A DNA stretch of 64,000 nt, taken from an uncultured delta proteobacterium (GTDB lineage: Bacteria > Desulfobacterota > Binatia > Binatales > Binataceae). Under the pieces are notes generated by a model. That model was not told the DNA's origin, ran no database searches, and saw nothing but the letters and a program-made list of their open reading frames with translations. Position numbers and translations under genes: made by a program. The stretch is taken from assembly GCA_963808235.1 (NCBI GenBank), contig CAWEEQ010000004.1:1280001-1344000 (forward strand), read 5' to 3'. Within the stretch, counting starts at the first letter, position 1. Each line of letters begins with the position of its first letter. This document shows, in pieces, positions 17,630 to 28,757 of the stretch.

Positions 17630-18637
17630 ATGGAATATCGACGACTCGGCGGTACTGGACTTAAAGTTTCGGAACTTTGCCTCGGATGTATGACCTTTGG
17701 CCGCGAAACTGACGAAGCTACGGCGGGAAAAATTCTCGATCGCTTCATCGAAGTCGGCGGAAATTTTCTCGATACTGCCAACGTTTATGCGGCCGGCGCT
17801 TCGGAAGAAATTCTCGGCCGCATCCTCGGCGAGCGGCGAAAAGACCTCGTAGTCGCAACAAAAGTTCGCTTCAACGCAAATGCCTTTATGGGCAAGCCGG
17901 TCGCGCCCAATCAAATTGGCCTCTCCCGCGGGCACATTATGTCGGAAGTCGAGGCGAGCCTCCGCCGCCTCAAAATGGATTACATCGATCTCTACCAGGT
18001 GCACGCGTGGGATTTTGAAACTCCGATCGAAGAGACGATGCGCGCGCTCGACGACCTCGTACGCCAGGGCAAAGTCAGGTATATCGGCGCGTCGAACTTT
18101 ACCGCGTGGCAACTGATGAAAAGTCTATGGGTCAGCGATAAGCATGACGTCGCCCGCTTTGACTGCTTGCAACCGCAATACAGTCTGATCTCGCGCGAAA
18201 TCGAACGTGAGCTTCTTCCCCTATGCCGCTCCGAAAGCGTCGGCGTAATTCCATGGAGTCCGCTCGGTGGCGGATTTCTGACTGGAAAATATCGCTCAGG
18301 TCAGCGCCCGCCCGAAGATAGCCGGCTTGCGAGAATCGACATGTGGAATCGGTTAGCCGACCAACGAAATTATTCAACGCTCGAAGCTGTCGAGCACGTC
18401 GCGAAAGAACGCGGCCGCGCCGTCTCGCAGATCGCGCTCGCATGGGTGAATCAGCAACCGGGTGTCAGCTCAGTAATTTACGGCGCGCGCACCGAGGAGC
18501 AGAACGATCAGAACTTGGGCGCGATCGGATTTCATCTCGAGGCGGCAGAACTCTCCGCCCTCGACAAGGCAAGCGCGCTGCCGCCCGAATATCCAAACGC
18601 GATGCAAGCACGACTACCCGGCTACCCCCGCCGCTGA
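17630..18637 (+). CDS. Aldo/keto reductase
   Basis: RRLGGTGLKVSELCLG, LDTANVY, IDLYQVH, GKVRYIGASN, IPWSPLGGG. Confidence 0.95.
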   Translation: MEYRRLGGTGLKVSELCLGCMTFGRETDEATAGKILDRFIEVGGNFLDTANVYAAGASEEILGRILGERRKDLVVATKVRFNANAFMGKPVAPNQIGLSRGHIMSEVEASLRRLKMDYIDLYQVHAWDFETPIEETMRALDDLVRQGKVRYIGASNFTAWQLMKSLWVSDKHDVARFDCLQPQYSLISREIERELLPLCRSESVGVIPWSPLGGGFLTGKYRSGQRPPEDSRLARIDMWNRLADQRNYSTLEAVEHVAKERGRAVSQIALAWVNQQPGVSSVIYGARTEEQNDQNLGAIGFHLEAAELSALDKASALPPEYPNAMQARLPGYPRR

Positions 18638-18673
18638 TCACCGCGCGCCCGCGGCCCTTCTCTTCACGCGATT

Positions 18674-18710
18674 GTTCCCCTTCCCTCGAGGGAAGGGGTT
18701 AGGGGTTAGG
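18674..18710. repeat. REP-like palindromic repeat, copy 1
   Basis: GTTCCCCTTCCCTCGAGGGAAGGGGTTAGGGGTTAGG; near-identical copy at about 58201. Confidence 0.7.
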
Positions 18711-18854
18711 TAAGCTTGTCTCGAGCAGTTATTTAGTCACTCTAAACTACGTGAAATGTCGCGACGGCATTTCGCGAATGGTTGATGTGTGAAATTAATT
18801 GAGTAACGAGTTTGTTGAGAACACTTTTTTTCAGAGCTCGCAGAGGTAAATACG

Positions 18855-19700
18855 ATGGGTCGATTTGATGGGAAAGTTGCGATTATTACCGGGTCGGCTA
18901 GCGGGATGGGAAGGGCGGCGGCGGCGCGATTCGCTGGTGAAGGCGGCGCGGTGATAATCGCGGATCTGAACGCTGAGGGCGGAGAAGCTTCGGTGCGCGA
19001 TTGCAAGGAGAATGGCGGGCGCGCTGTTTTCCAAAAGACCGACGTCTCTGCCGAAGCGGAAATCAAGGCGCTGATTGCGCGCGCGGTCAAGGAATTCGGG
19101 CGGCTGGATATCATGTGGAACAACGCGGGCATCGGCGGCGCAGTCGGACCGCTCGAGCAGATCTCGGTGGAAGATTGGGATCGCAGCCAGGCGGTGCTGT
19201 TGCGCGGCGTGTTTCTTGGAATCAAGCACTCGGTGCCCGAGATGCGCAAAGTTGGCGGCGGATCGATCATCTCGACGGCATCGATCGCCGGAATCCGCGG
19301 CTTCGCGGGATTGCATGCGTACTGCGCCGCGAAGGCCGGCGTGGTGAATCTGACGCGGTCGGCGGCGCTGGAATTCGCGAAGGACAAAATTCGCGTCAAC
19401 TGCATCTGCCCGGGCGGAATCAACACGCCGATCCTGCATCGCAATCAACCGGGGATGAAGGAAGCGATGGAGGAGTGGCTCAAGAAGGGGCAGCCGTATC
19501 CGCGCGCGGGGCATCCGGAAGATATCGCGGCGATGGCGCTGTTCCTGGCGAGCGACGATGCGGAATTCGTCACCGGGCAGGCGATGGTTGTCGACGGCGG
19601 GCTGACGGTGGGCGCGCAGTTCGGGCCGCAGCTACCAGAGGGCACACAGGAAGCGATGGCGCCGCGCGGATTCATGGGCCCGTCGTTCGAGCAGGGGTGA
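18855..19700 (+). CDS. Classical SDR oxidoreductase
   Basis: ITGSASGMG, NNAG, YCAAK, IRVNCICPG. Confidence 0.95.
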   Translation: MGRFDGKVAIITGSASGMGRAAAARFAGEGGAVIIADLNAEGGEASVRDCKENGGRAVFQKTDVSAEAEIKALIARAVKEFGRLDIMWNNAGIGGAVGPLEQISVEDWDRSQAVLLRGVFLGIKHSVPEMRKVGGGSIISTASIAGIRGFAGLHAYCAAKAGVVNLTRSAALEFAKDKIRVNCICPGGINTPILHRNQPGMKEAMEEWLKKGQPYPRAGHPEDIAAMALFLASDDAEFVTGQAMVVDGGLTVGAQFGPQLPEGTQEAMAPRGFMGPSFEQG

Positions 19701-20106
19701 CCCCTGCCCTAGGTATTAGGTAAAGAGCGAAATGCCGCAACCGCATTTCGCAATAGTTTTCTGTGAGAGGCTTGAAACCTGCGCAGCCGCGCTCTTTTTT
19801 GGTGTCATCGCAGAGCGCCAGCCGCGCTCCTTTTTTGTGTCATTCTGAGCGAAGCGAAGAACCCCGGATCTTTCTCGGCGCAAAACACTTCAACTTCACT
19901 TGGGGCGCGCGAAGCCGACCCGCAAAAAAGAACGGCACCAAACTCAATCGACGAAACCTATGCAAGGTTTCACGCACCTCCCCATCCTAAACATCCGCGA
20001 AATGCCGCCACTGGCCGCTTCGCTCCGTCCTGACCCGGGTGCAGGGGTCACCCCTGCCGCCAGCCGCGCAGGCGTGACTAAGATTCTTCTGCTCCTGCTC
20101 ACACCG
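19691..20106. repeat. Paired inverted-arm repeat element (REPIN/MITE-like), copy 1, left arm truncated
   Basis: Shares arms and interior with 21029-21427. Confidence 0.8.
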
Positions 20107-20130
20107 TGTTTCCCTCATCTCACTCGATCT

Positions 20131-20955
20131 TCATACTTGAAATGACGGCCCAGAAAACCCGCTATCCGGCAACCCCGCCAGCCGAAACCGCGCATTGCCG
20201 GTATTGACGCCGCCATCGACGACCATCGCGGTCCCGCTGATCCACTCCGATTCGTCGCTGGCGAGAAACAGCGCCATCGCTGCGATATCGTCGGGTCTGC
20301 CCGCACGCGGTATCGGCTGCATTTTCGCCATCGACTTTTCTGAGCGCTCTTCGGCGCCGGGTCTCCCACGATGTATCAGCGGGGTGTTCACTCCGCCGGG
20401 ACAGATACAGTTGACGCGAATCTTGTCGTGCCCAACTTCGATCGCGACTGCCTGCGTCAGGTTCACAACGGCCGCCTTCGCCGCGCTATACGCCGCCAGG
20501 TAACCGACTCCGCGCAGCCCCGCAACCGACGCAGTTGAGATTATCGATCCGCCACCCGATTTGCGCATCTCGGGAATCGAGTACTTCATTCCAAGAAAAG
20601 CGGCGCGCAACAATGTCGCGATTGTCCGGTCCCAGTCCACGGATTCCACTTTCTCGATCGGTCCGACCGCCCCGGCGATACCCGCATTGTTGAACATGAT
20701 ATCGAGCCGCCCGAATTCCTTGACCGCACGCGCAACCGCCGCCTTGATATCAGCCTCGCTGGTGACATCGGTGCGCTGGAAAACCGCATGCCCACCCGCA
20801 GCCGCACATTCCGCGACAGCAGTTTCGCCGCCCTGCGCATTGAGATCGGTAAGCACCACCGACGCGCCTTCCTTCGCAAACCGAATCGCCGTCGCTCGTC
20901 CCATCCCGCTAGCAGCGCCAGTGATAACCGCAACTTTATTCTGAAGTCTGCCCAT
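20131..20955 (-). CDS. Classical SDR oxidoreductase (paralog of 18855-19700)
   Basis: ITGAASGMG, NNAG, YSAAK, IRVNCICPG. Confidence 0.95.
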   Translation of the reverse strand: MGRLQNKVAVITGAASGMGRATAIRFAKEGASVVLTDLNAQGGETAVAECAAAGGHAVFQRTDVTSEADIKAAVARAVKEFGRLDIMFNNAGIAGAVGPIEKVESVDWDRTIATLLRAAFLGMKYSIPEMRKSGGGSIISTASVAGLRGVGYLAAYSAAKAAVVNLTQAVAIEVGHDKIRVNCICPGGVNTPLIHRGRPGAEERSEKSMAKMQPIPRAGRPDDIAAMALFLASDESEWISGTAMVVDGGVNTGNARFRLAGLPDSGFSGPSFQV

Positions 20956-21028
20956 GACTCTTCTCCCGCGCGCCAAGTGTGGCGCGCTCATTAGAAGCGA
21001 ATTACAAGAAAAGAAGGGCCGGGCACAA

Positions 21029-21427
21029 CAGGAATCTTAGCCACGCCTACGCGGCTGGCGGCAGGGGTGACCCCTGCACCCGGTATTGAGAAAAGAGCGA
21101 AATGCCGCAGCGGCATTTCGCAATAGTTTTCTGTGAGAGGCTTGAAACCTGCGCAGCCGCGCTCTTTTCTTGTGTGATTCTGAGCGAAGCGAAGAATCCC
21201 GGATCTTTCTCGGCGCAAAACACTTCGACTTCACTTGAGGCGCACGCGAAGCCGACCCGCGAAAAAGAACGGCACCAAACTCAATCCATAAAACCTGTGA
21301 ACGGTTTCACGCACCTTCCCACACCGAAACACCCGCGAAATGCCGCTGCGGCATTTCGCGTTGTGTTGGTACTGGGTGCAGGGGTCGCCCCTGCCGCCAG
21401 CCGCGCAGGCGAAGACTAAGATTCTTG
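21029..21427. repeat. Paired inverted-arm repeat element (REPIN/MITE-like), copy 2
   Basis: About 90-bp imperfect inverted arms (GAATCTTAG...GCAGGGGTGACCCCTGC...GCGAAATGCCGC) around a non-coding core. Confidence 0.85.
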
Positions 21428-21459
21428 ATGCCCGCGCGATAGTATAATCACCGACGCCG

Positions 21460-23501
21460 ATGCCCTCCGAAGACGACAATCGCAACCCCGCCAAAAACCC
21501 GGTTGGCCCTGAGTACAGCTCGCTCATCGAGTATCCAAAAGAGGAGGGCGTCACCGTTCCCGCCGCATCTCCAGTCGAAAGCGACGTGGACACCAAGTTG
21601 GACGCCACATCTACCGACGCCGGCGTTTACCTGCTGCGCGATCGCGCTGGCAAAGTGCTCTATGTCGGTAAAGCGAAATCCCTGCGCTCGCGCGTGCGCG
21701 CCTACTTCCGCGAGGGCGGCGACGGCCGCTACCAGGTGCGCTTCCTGATGCGCCGGGTCGTTGACTTCGACACTATCGTCACCGCCAGCGAGAAAGAGGC
21801 GCTGATTCTCGAAAACAACCTGATCAAGCAGTACAAGCCGCGCTACAACATCCGCCTCAAGGACGACAAATCCTATCTGAGCGCCAAGGTCACCAATCAC
21901 GCATGGCCGCGGATCACGGTCACTCGCAAGATCGTTAAAGACGGTGGCCACTACTTCGGTCCGTTCGGGTCTGCGGACGGTTTGCGCGAGACGATCGACG
22001 TCATCCGCAAAACTTTTCCGTTGCGCACTTGTACTGACGCGGTCTTTCGCAATCGCTCGCGGCCATGCCTGGAGTACCAGATCAAGCGATGCCTCGGGCC
22101 GTGCTGTTTGCCCGTCGATCGCGATGAATACGGGCGCCATCTGCACGCAGCGCAGATGCTGCTCGAGGGCAAGAACCTCGAACTGCTGCATGAGATGCGC
22201 GATCAGATGAAGGATCACGCGTCCCGGCTCGAGTTCGAGGAAGCGGCGCGAATCCGCGATCGCGTCCGCGCGATCGAAAAGACTGTCGAGAAACAGACCG
22301 TCCTGCATCACTGGGGAATCGATCAGGACGTGTTCGGGATTTATCGCGAGGGCGGATTCATCGAGGCCATCGTGCTCATCGTGCGCGGCGGCAAGTTGAC
22401 CAGCACCCAGGGTTGGAGCTTTCAGGACGTTGAGTTCCCGGTCCACGACATCCTCTCCGATCTCTGACCCAGTATTACTCGGGCGCGCGCAACATCCCCG
22501 ACGAAGTGATCGTGCCGGTCGAACTCGAAGACGCCGAGGTGCGCGCCGAGCTGCTCTCAGAGCGGCGCGGGAAGAAATGCGAAATTCTGCTGCCGCAGCG
22601 CGGTGAGAAACTCAGGCTGCTCGAAATGGCGATGGACAACGCGCGGCAGAGTTTCGCCTCGCGCCGCGACAACGAAAAGACCCGCGAGCAAATGCTCGAC
22701 GACTTGCGCGTCAAGCTGAACCTGCGCAACTCGCCCAAGCGGATGGAATGCTACGACATCTCTAACCTTCAAGGCTCGATGGTGGTCGGATCGCAGGTGA
22801 CCTTCGACGAAGGCGAGCCGCAGAAAAATCTCTACCGCCGCTACCGCATCCGCAGCTTCGAAGGCCAGGACGATTTCGCCGCGATGTACGAAGTCCTGAA
22901 GCGCCGCCTCGAACGCGCGACCCGCGAAAAAGAGTATCCCGATTTGTGGGTGATCGACGGGGGCAAGGGGCAGTTGAATGTCGCGCTCGAGGTACTGCGC
23001 GAATTCAAGCTCCTCGATCAGATCGATTGCGTGTCGCTCGCCAAGCAGCACGTGCTCAACGAGCGCTACGAGAAGGAGGTGACCAAATCCGAGGAGCGCG
23101 TCTTTCTGCCCAATCGCAAGGACCCGATCGTGCTGCCGAAAAATTCCACCGCCTTGTTCCTGCTGGTCCGTATCCGCGACGAGGCGCATCGCTTTGCGAT
23201 CACCTACAATCGCGAACTCCGCCGCCGCGCGCGGCTGCGCTCGGTCCTCGACGACATCGAAGGCGTCGGCCCCGTCCGCCGCCGCGCGATGCTTCGCCAC
23301 TTCGGAAGTCTGCGCCGCATCCGCGAAGCGACCGTCGACGAAATCGCGGCAGTGAAGGGACTCAATCGCGATGTCGCAGCCGAGATTCGGCGCCATCTCG
23401 ACGAGATGGCGGCGCTGCTCGATCGCGAGGAAAGCGCCGAATCTGGTGACGAGCCGCCTGCTCCCGATGGTCTGGCGGAACCTGGCAGTCAAGGTGCATA
23501 A
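21460..23501 (+). CDS. uvrC: Excinuclease ABC subunit C; one base missing near 22463
   Basis: GIY-YIG (GVYLL...LYVGKAKSLR), PRYNIRLKDDKSY, ECYDISN, IDGGKGQ, IRDEAHRFAI, HhH; DL|LTQYYSG restores the frame. Confidence 0.93.
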
Positions 23502-23587
23502 TCTACCAGTCAACACCGAACGTACGCTGGCATTGATGCGCAAGGGGGTGCGTAGCTATCGCCGCGGGAGCACCCTCCGTAAGACGC

Positions 23588-26192
23588 GTGGAGCTTGGAC
23601 CCGTCGAGTCCGACCGGGTCGAGGCGCGCAAATCCTCGTCCGCCGCGCACACGCAGTACGTGCGGCAACTCCCGCCGCCGATCTATGCGGTCGCGCTGGC
23701 CATAGTAGCGGGTGACGCCCTCGGCAATTTTCACGTCGTAGTCTCCACGTGGATGGCGGTGCCAATCGCGTTTCTCGCGCTCGCGGCGATGCTGGCCGGA
23801 CGAACAACGCTCGGCCTTCTGACCGCCTATCTTGCGATCGCGATTGCCGCGACCGCCAGCGTCGCCAACGTTCTCGCCACACCGACGCAACTGAACAGCA
23901 TACGCACTCTGGCTGATAGTTCGCCGGTGACCATCGAGGGCCGCCTGTTCCGCGAGACCGAGCGCGAAGCCTACGGCGAACGAGTTTACGTCGCGGTTGA
24001 ACGTGCGACGGAGCGGGGTGGGGCGCTTCAATCGATGCGCGGCACGGTGAGGGTGGCGGTGCTCGGCGGTGGGAATTTCAGACTCGGCGACGAAATTCGT
24101 CTGAGCGCGCGAATTCATTTTCCGCACAACTACGGCAACCCGCGCGAGTTCGACTACGCCGGCGAGATGGCACGTGAGAGAATCGACGCGACCATGACCG
24201 CGCCGCAGAATTCCCTGGGCACGCCGACCTTCCAGCTCATCGGGTACCGTCCGAGTTTTCCGACGACCGAAATTGAATCGATCAGAAATCATATCGGCGC
24301 GTTCTTCGATCGCAATCTGAGCTATCCCGAAAATGCCGAGATGCGCGCGCTGGTGATCGGCGACCGCGGCGAAATCGGCGAGCCGCTCAGGCAGACGTTC
24401 GCACGCACCGGGATGGCGCATCTGTTGGTTATATCTGGACTGCACCTGAGTATCGTTGCGGCAACTATATTTGCAGTGGTGCGGCTCGCGATGATGGCCT
24501 TGCCGGCTCTTGCCAATCGCGGCTACGCGAACAAGGCGGCCGCGGTTGCTGCGATGCTCGCGGTGTGCGGATACGCGTCGATCGCGGGGCATCATGTGTC
24601 CACGGTGCGTGCGCTCGTGATGGTCCTCGCATACATGCTGGCCGTTACGATCGACCGGTCGAGCGAGGCGATCGCGTCGCTCGCTCTGGCGGCAATCGTA
24701 ATCTGTTTCGCGCTTCCTGGCTCGACTGCTGACATCGGATTTCAGCTTTCGTTCGCGTCGGTGATCGCTATCGTGCTTGGGATGGGCCGGTTCGCGGCGT
24801 GGTTTGCGCGCCGCAAGCGGCTGGGCAGGCTTGCGGGCGAGCCGCCCTCGCGTGGCTGGAGGTTTGCCGAGGTTGCGCTCGGCTATTTCGCGGTGTCGTT
24901 CTGGGCGATGGTCGGGACGGCGCCGCTCACGGCATTTGATTTCAATCAGTTCTCGATCGTCGGCCTGGTCGCGAACGCCGTGGTCGTGCCGATCATGGCA
25001 TTCGGGGCGACGGTCAGCGGGTTGGTCGCCGCGGGTCTTAGCTTTTTCTGGGAGCCGCTCGCTCGCGCGGTGCTGCTTTTGGGAGCGAAGGCGCTCGGGC
25101 TTGGGAACTGGCTCGCCGAATGGTTTGTCGGATGGCCGCTCGCGTGGGAGCGTATATTCACGCCGACGATACTCGAGCTCGCGATCGTTTACGGATTGCT
25201 CATCTTGTGGTTGCTTGCGCCGCTCGCGATCGTATCCGCGCCGAAAGCGTCGCAAAGCAGCGACGCTAACGATGCTTCCGCGGAAATCACGGGCAGGGGA
25301 CGTCCGTGCCACTAGCCCTTTCGGATGGCGCGCGTGGTGTGGCGCGGCTCTTGGACTCGCTCTGATCGTCGATGCGGGTTACTGGACTTACGACCGATTT
25401 CTGAATCCAGACTTGCGCATCACGTTTCTGTCGGTGGGCGAGGGTGACGGCGCCGTGGTCCGATTTCCGGGCTCGCGGGTGATGGTGATTGATGCTGGTA
25501 CTTCCTACGGGGGCTTTGACGCGGGCGAGCGAATCGTTGCGCCATATCTATGGTCGCAGAAGATCCTACAAATTGATTATATCACGCTAAGTCACCCTGA
25601 TCTAGATCACTTCGGCGGGCTCGACTTTATCGCGACGAACTTTGCTCCGCAGGCGTTCTGGCGCAACGGGGCCGAGAGTTCCGATATTAGTTATCGACGC
25701 TTCATTGACGACATCGCGCGCACGAAAGTTCCTATGGTCAAGGTAGGGCGCGTCGCGCCGATCGCAGAGATTGGCGGAGTCGCGATCGCTTCGCTGAATG
25801 GAGATGTGGGTCCGGAGGTGTCGCACAATAACAGTTCGATGGTGCTGCGCTTGGGCTTCGGCGATGCGTCGATACTGTTTACCGGCGATATCGAAGCGGC
25901 GGGGGAGCGTGCGCTGCTAGCGACGCGGAGCGACCTTCGCTCGACGGTGCTCAAGGTGCCGCATCATGGGAGCGCGACATCGTCGACGGCGGCATTCATC
26001 GCGGGGGTGCGTCCGGAGGTGGCGGTTATCTCGGACGGATATCTGAATCATTTTCACTTTCCGTCGCCGCTGGTGCTGAGCCGGTATCGGGATGCCGGGG
26101 TTAAGGTGATTCGGACGGATACTGATGGCGCGGTGATGGTCGATGTGGGGCGGCGCGGGGTGACGATTCGCACTGGGTGTGAGGGGAAGTGA
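23588..26192 (+). CDS. comEC: Competence protein ComEC/Rec2; frameshift near 25290
   Basis: NPREFDY, GMAHLLVISGLH, GFQLSF, then metallo-beta-lactamase SHPDLDHFGG, LFTGDI, KVPHHGS, RTDTDGAV in the next frame. Confidence 0.9.
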
Positions 26193-26370
26193 TCGAGCAG
26201 GGTAGGGGAGAAGAGATGCGAAACCTCACGCAGGTTTCGTTTTTCGTGGCTTCCCGTGGTGGGAGAAAAAGATAGGATGCGGCCCTATTTGCGCGACCGT
26301 GCCGCGGCCGCGACCGCCGCGTCCATTTCCTTCACGCTTTTCCGCGCGCCTGAGTAAGGGACGCATCCGA

Positions 26371-27312
26371 TTATCGACTCCCATGTCCGCGCGCCGGTTC
26401 CGGCTTTCCGTCAATCTGCAGTATGAAACTAATCATGTGAGACGCGGTTGTCCGGGTCTTTTCCAGAGGCAACAGATGGCCTGCCCCGGCCACGTTGACC
26501 AGCGTTGCTCGCGCCCCTAGCTCCTGCTGGAGCAACACTCCATTCTCGGGCGGCGCGATCTGATCGTCCGCTCCCTGCAATATCAGATACTTGGTCTGTC
26601 CCGGAGGGGCCCACCAGGCCGCGAGTGGGGTGGCTTCCGCTGCCGCCGCTTCGATGCCCGCCGCTTCCGGAGCGCGGCAAGGCTTGAGAATTTGGAATAC
26701 TCGGGCGACATCTGCTGGATTGGCGACCATGTATTTCATCGCCCCCAGGACCTCAGCCTCGGACGAGGCCGGGTTGAAGATAACGTTCAACGCGCGTGCG
26801 GCAGGCGGTTTGGGTGGAACCTTTCCCCCCGCCGCCAGTAGAATGACACTGCGCGTCAACTCAGGATGAGATGCGGCCAACACGCGGGCCACGCGATTGC
26901 CAAAGTCGTTTCCGACCACGTGAACAGAGTCCAATTTTAAGGCCTGGATCACTCCTGCTACATCGTCGGCCATCGTCTGGAGCGTGACCCCTGTGCTCGG
27001 GCCCGTACTCTTGCCCGAACCCCTGAAGTTGATGCCAACCACCCGGTAACCACCCGTGGCAAGTGCCTCCGCCAGACCATCCAGGTAATACACGGTCAGG
27101 GTTCCACCCGGCAGCAAAACGATCGGTTCACCTTCTCCTCGGCTGAAGTACTCGATGTTGGAGTCGGCGAGCTTGATGATCCCTTCTTTTACGCTGCTCG
27201 CCATTGCCGTTGTTTGTGCGGCGGTCTTTCCGGACAGAAGGGTGAGCGATACCATGCCTGCGAAGATGGCAATCAGTGTTCGACGAAAAGGCATGCGTGA
27301 ACAGGTTGCCAT
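26371..27312 (-). CDS. Secreted alpha/beta hydrolase (GNDFG nucleophile elbow)
   Basis: Signal peptide, GEGEPIVLLPG, INFRGSGKS, VVGNDFG, QGADDQIAP, AGHLLPLE. Confidence 0.8.
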   Translation of the reverse strand: MATCSRMPFRRTLIAIFAGMVSLTLLSGKTAAQTTAMASSVKEGIIKLADSNIEYFSRGEGEPIVLLPGGTLTVYYLDGLAEALATGGYRVVGINFRGSGKSTGPSTGVTLQTMADDVAGVIQALKLDSVHVVGNDFGNRVARVLAASHPELTRSVILLAAGGKVPPKPPAARALNVIFNPASSEAEVLGAMKYMVANPADVARVFQILKPCRAPEAAGIEAAAAEATPLAAWWAPPGQTKYLILQGADDQIAPPENGVLLQQELGARATLVNVAGAGHLLPLEKTRTTASHMISFILQIDGKPEPARGHGSR

Positions 27313-27798
27313 GATATCACCGGCTTTAGTGGTTGATTGTCCTGCACAAAAGGACCCCGGCGACCGTGGAGCACAGCAGCACTGGGTCAGCACTCCGTCG
27401 AGGAGCTTGGGTGCGATGATTTTCATAGTTTGAGGTCCTCTCGGTTTCGATTTGAGTTCCAAGCGTCTCGACCATACGGAGTTCGCTTACTCTGCTACAT
27501 CGTCTCGGATCTTGCTCAGTGCCGAGGACTCGGCGTGCATACCTTTACCTTCGCCCGATTTCTCCGCGAAAGCTCCGGCGCTCCAACAACCATACATGGG
27601 GTCTTGATGCGCAAATACCGTTTTGGCGCTCCGAAATTCTCCTAATCCTCTTCCGTTTCCCGCACCGTGCTCTGCTGTGAACCGCCCCGCGCGCGCTCCG
27701 TAAACTACGCGCTGCGACCCCGGCTCGCGGAACGCGACATCCTAACTTGGACGAGGTAAGAAGGGACTTGCGCGGTGTGCATTCAGCGCGTGTCATGC

Positions 27799-27849
27799 GC
27801 CCTCACCTGGCGCGCGCCTGCGCGCGTCGACCTCTCCCGAAGGGAGAGG
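27799..27849. repeat. REP-like repeat ending in CCTCTCCC-N-GGGAGAGG, copy 1
   Basis: CCCTCACC...GACCTCTCCCGAAGGGAGAGG; related copy at about 29670-29719. Confidence 0.55.
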
Positions 27850-27873
27850 TGGATCCAAGAAGAGGTTTCGCTG

Positions 27874-27910
27874 TTGACAATCTTGTAAGTTATGGGTTAC
27901 AAAATTGTCA
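27874..27910 (+). promoter_or_regulatory. Promoter/operator of the GST-tetR pair
   Basis: TTGACA -35 overlapped by inverted repeat TGACAATCTTGTAA-N8-TTACAAAATTGTCA (13/14 match). Confidence 0.65.
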
Positions 27911-27934
27911 GTTGTTCGCTGGCGGAGGTAGCTT

Positions 27935-28757
27935 ATGGATACTCCGGAGTTGTGGCAGTTTACTAGTTCTCACTTTAATGAGAAGGCGCGGTGGGGGCTG
28001 GATTTCAAGCGGGTGGCGCATATTCGGCATTCGCTGGTGCCCGGGTTTCATGTTGGGACCGTCAAGCGGATGACCGGGAAGACGCAGGTGCCGGTGCTGA
28101 AATTGAATGGCGAGGTCTTCGCGGATTCGACCCGGATTATCGAGGCGCTCGAGCGGGCGTATCCGGAGCCGGCGCTTTATCCGTCGGATCCTGAGGAGCG
28201 GCGTCGCGCGCTTGAGCTGGAAGACTACTTCGACGAGGAGTTGGGGCCGTATATCCGCGCGGTGGATGTTTTTCGTGATCCTGCCGTATCCGAAGTTCGT
28301 GCGCGCGCTCTTTGTATCGCACGCGAGTGCGAGTGTTCAATTGGCGCATCGCGCGATTTCGCCGGTGATCGGCTTGGCTATGAGGCGGCAAATGAATATC
28401 ACGCCAGCCAGTGCCGAGATCGCGCGACGGAAGACGATTGAAGCGATGGATCGGTTAACGAAAGAGTTGCGGCCGTCGGGATACCTTGTCGGCGATCGTT
28501 TCACAGTTGCCGATCTTACGGCGGCGGCTCTGCTCTCGCCGATCGTTGGACCGCCGGAGTTTCCGTACAAGGCCAACATGCCGCTTCCGGAGGCGAGTGT
28601 GAAAGTCAGGGAGAGCGTGTCGAAGCATCCGGCGTTCGAGTGGACGCTCGGGATCTATCGGCAGCATCGCGGGAAATCCGCGGAAGTCGGAGTCGAGACG
28701 AGTAGGGCGGGGAGGAAAGCGGATGCGCGCACGGCTGCGAAAGTCGAGCGGCATTAG
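27935..28757 (+). CDS. Glutathione S-transferase family protein; +1 frameshift near 28260
   Basis: SHFNEKARWGLD, QVPVL, ADSTRIIEALE, YLVGDRFTVADL. Confidence 0.87.

Noticed and set aside
19763-21419. Short ORFs inside the repeat elements (19763-19990, 19900-20145, 21102-21419 and others)
   Set aside because: They arise from palindromic repeat DNA, frames differ between copies, and they show no protein motifs.
23510-25312. Long antisense ORFs (600 aa here; also 7547-8983, 33664-34983, 42480-43826, 47929-49140)
   Set aside because: Shadow frames of GC-rich genes, Arg/Ala/Pro-rich and without motifs.
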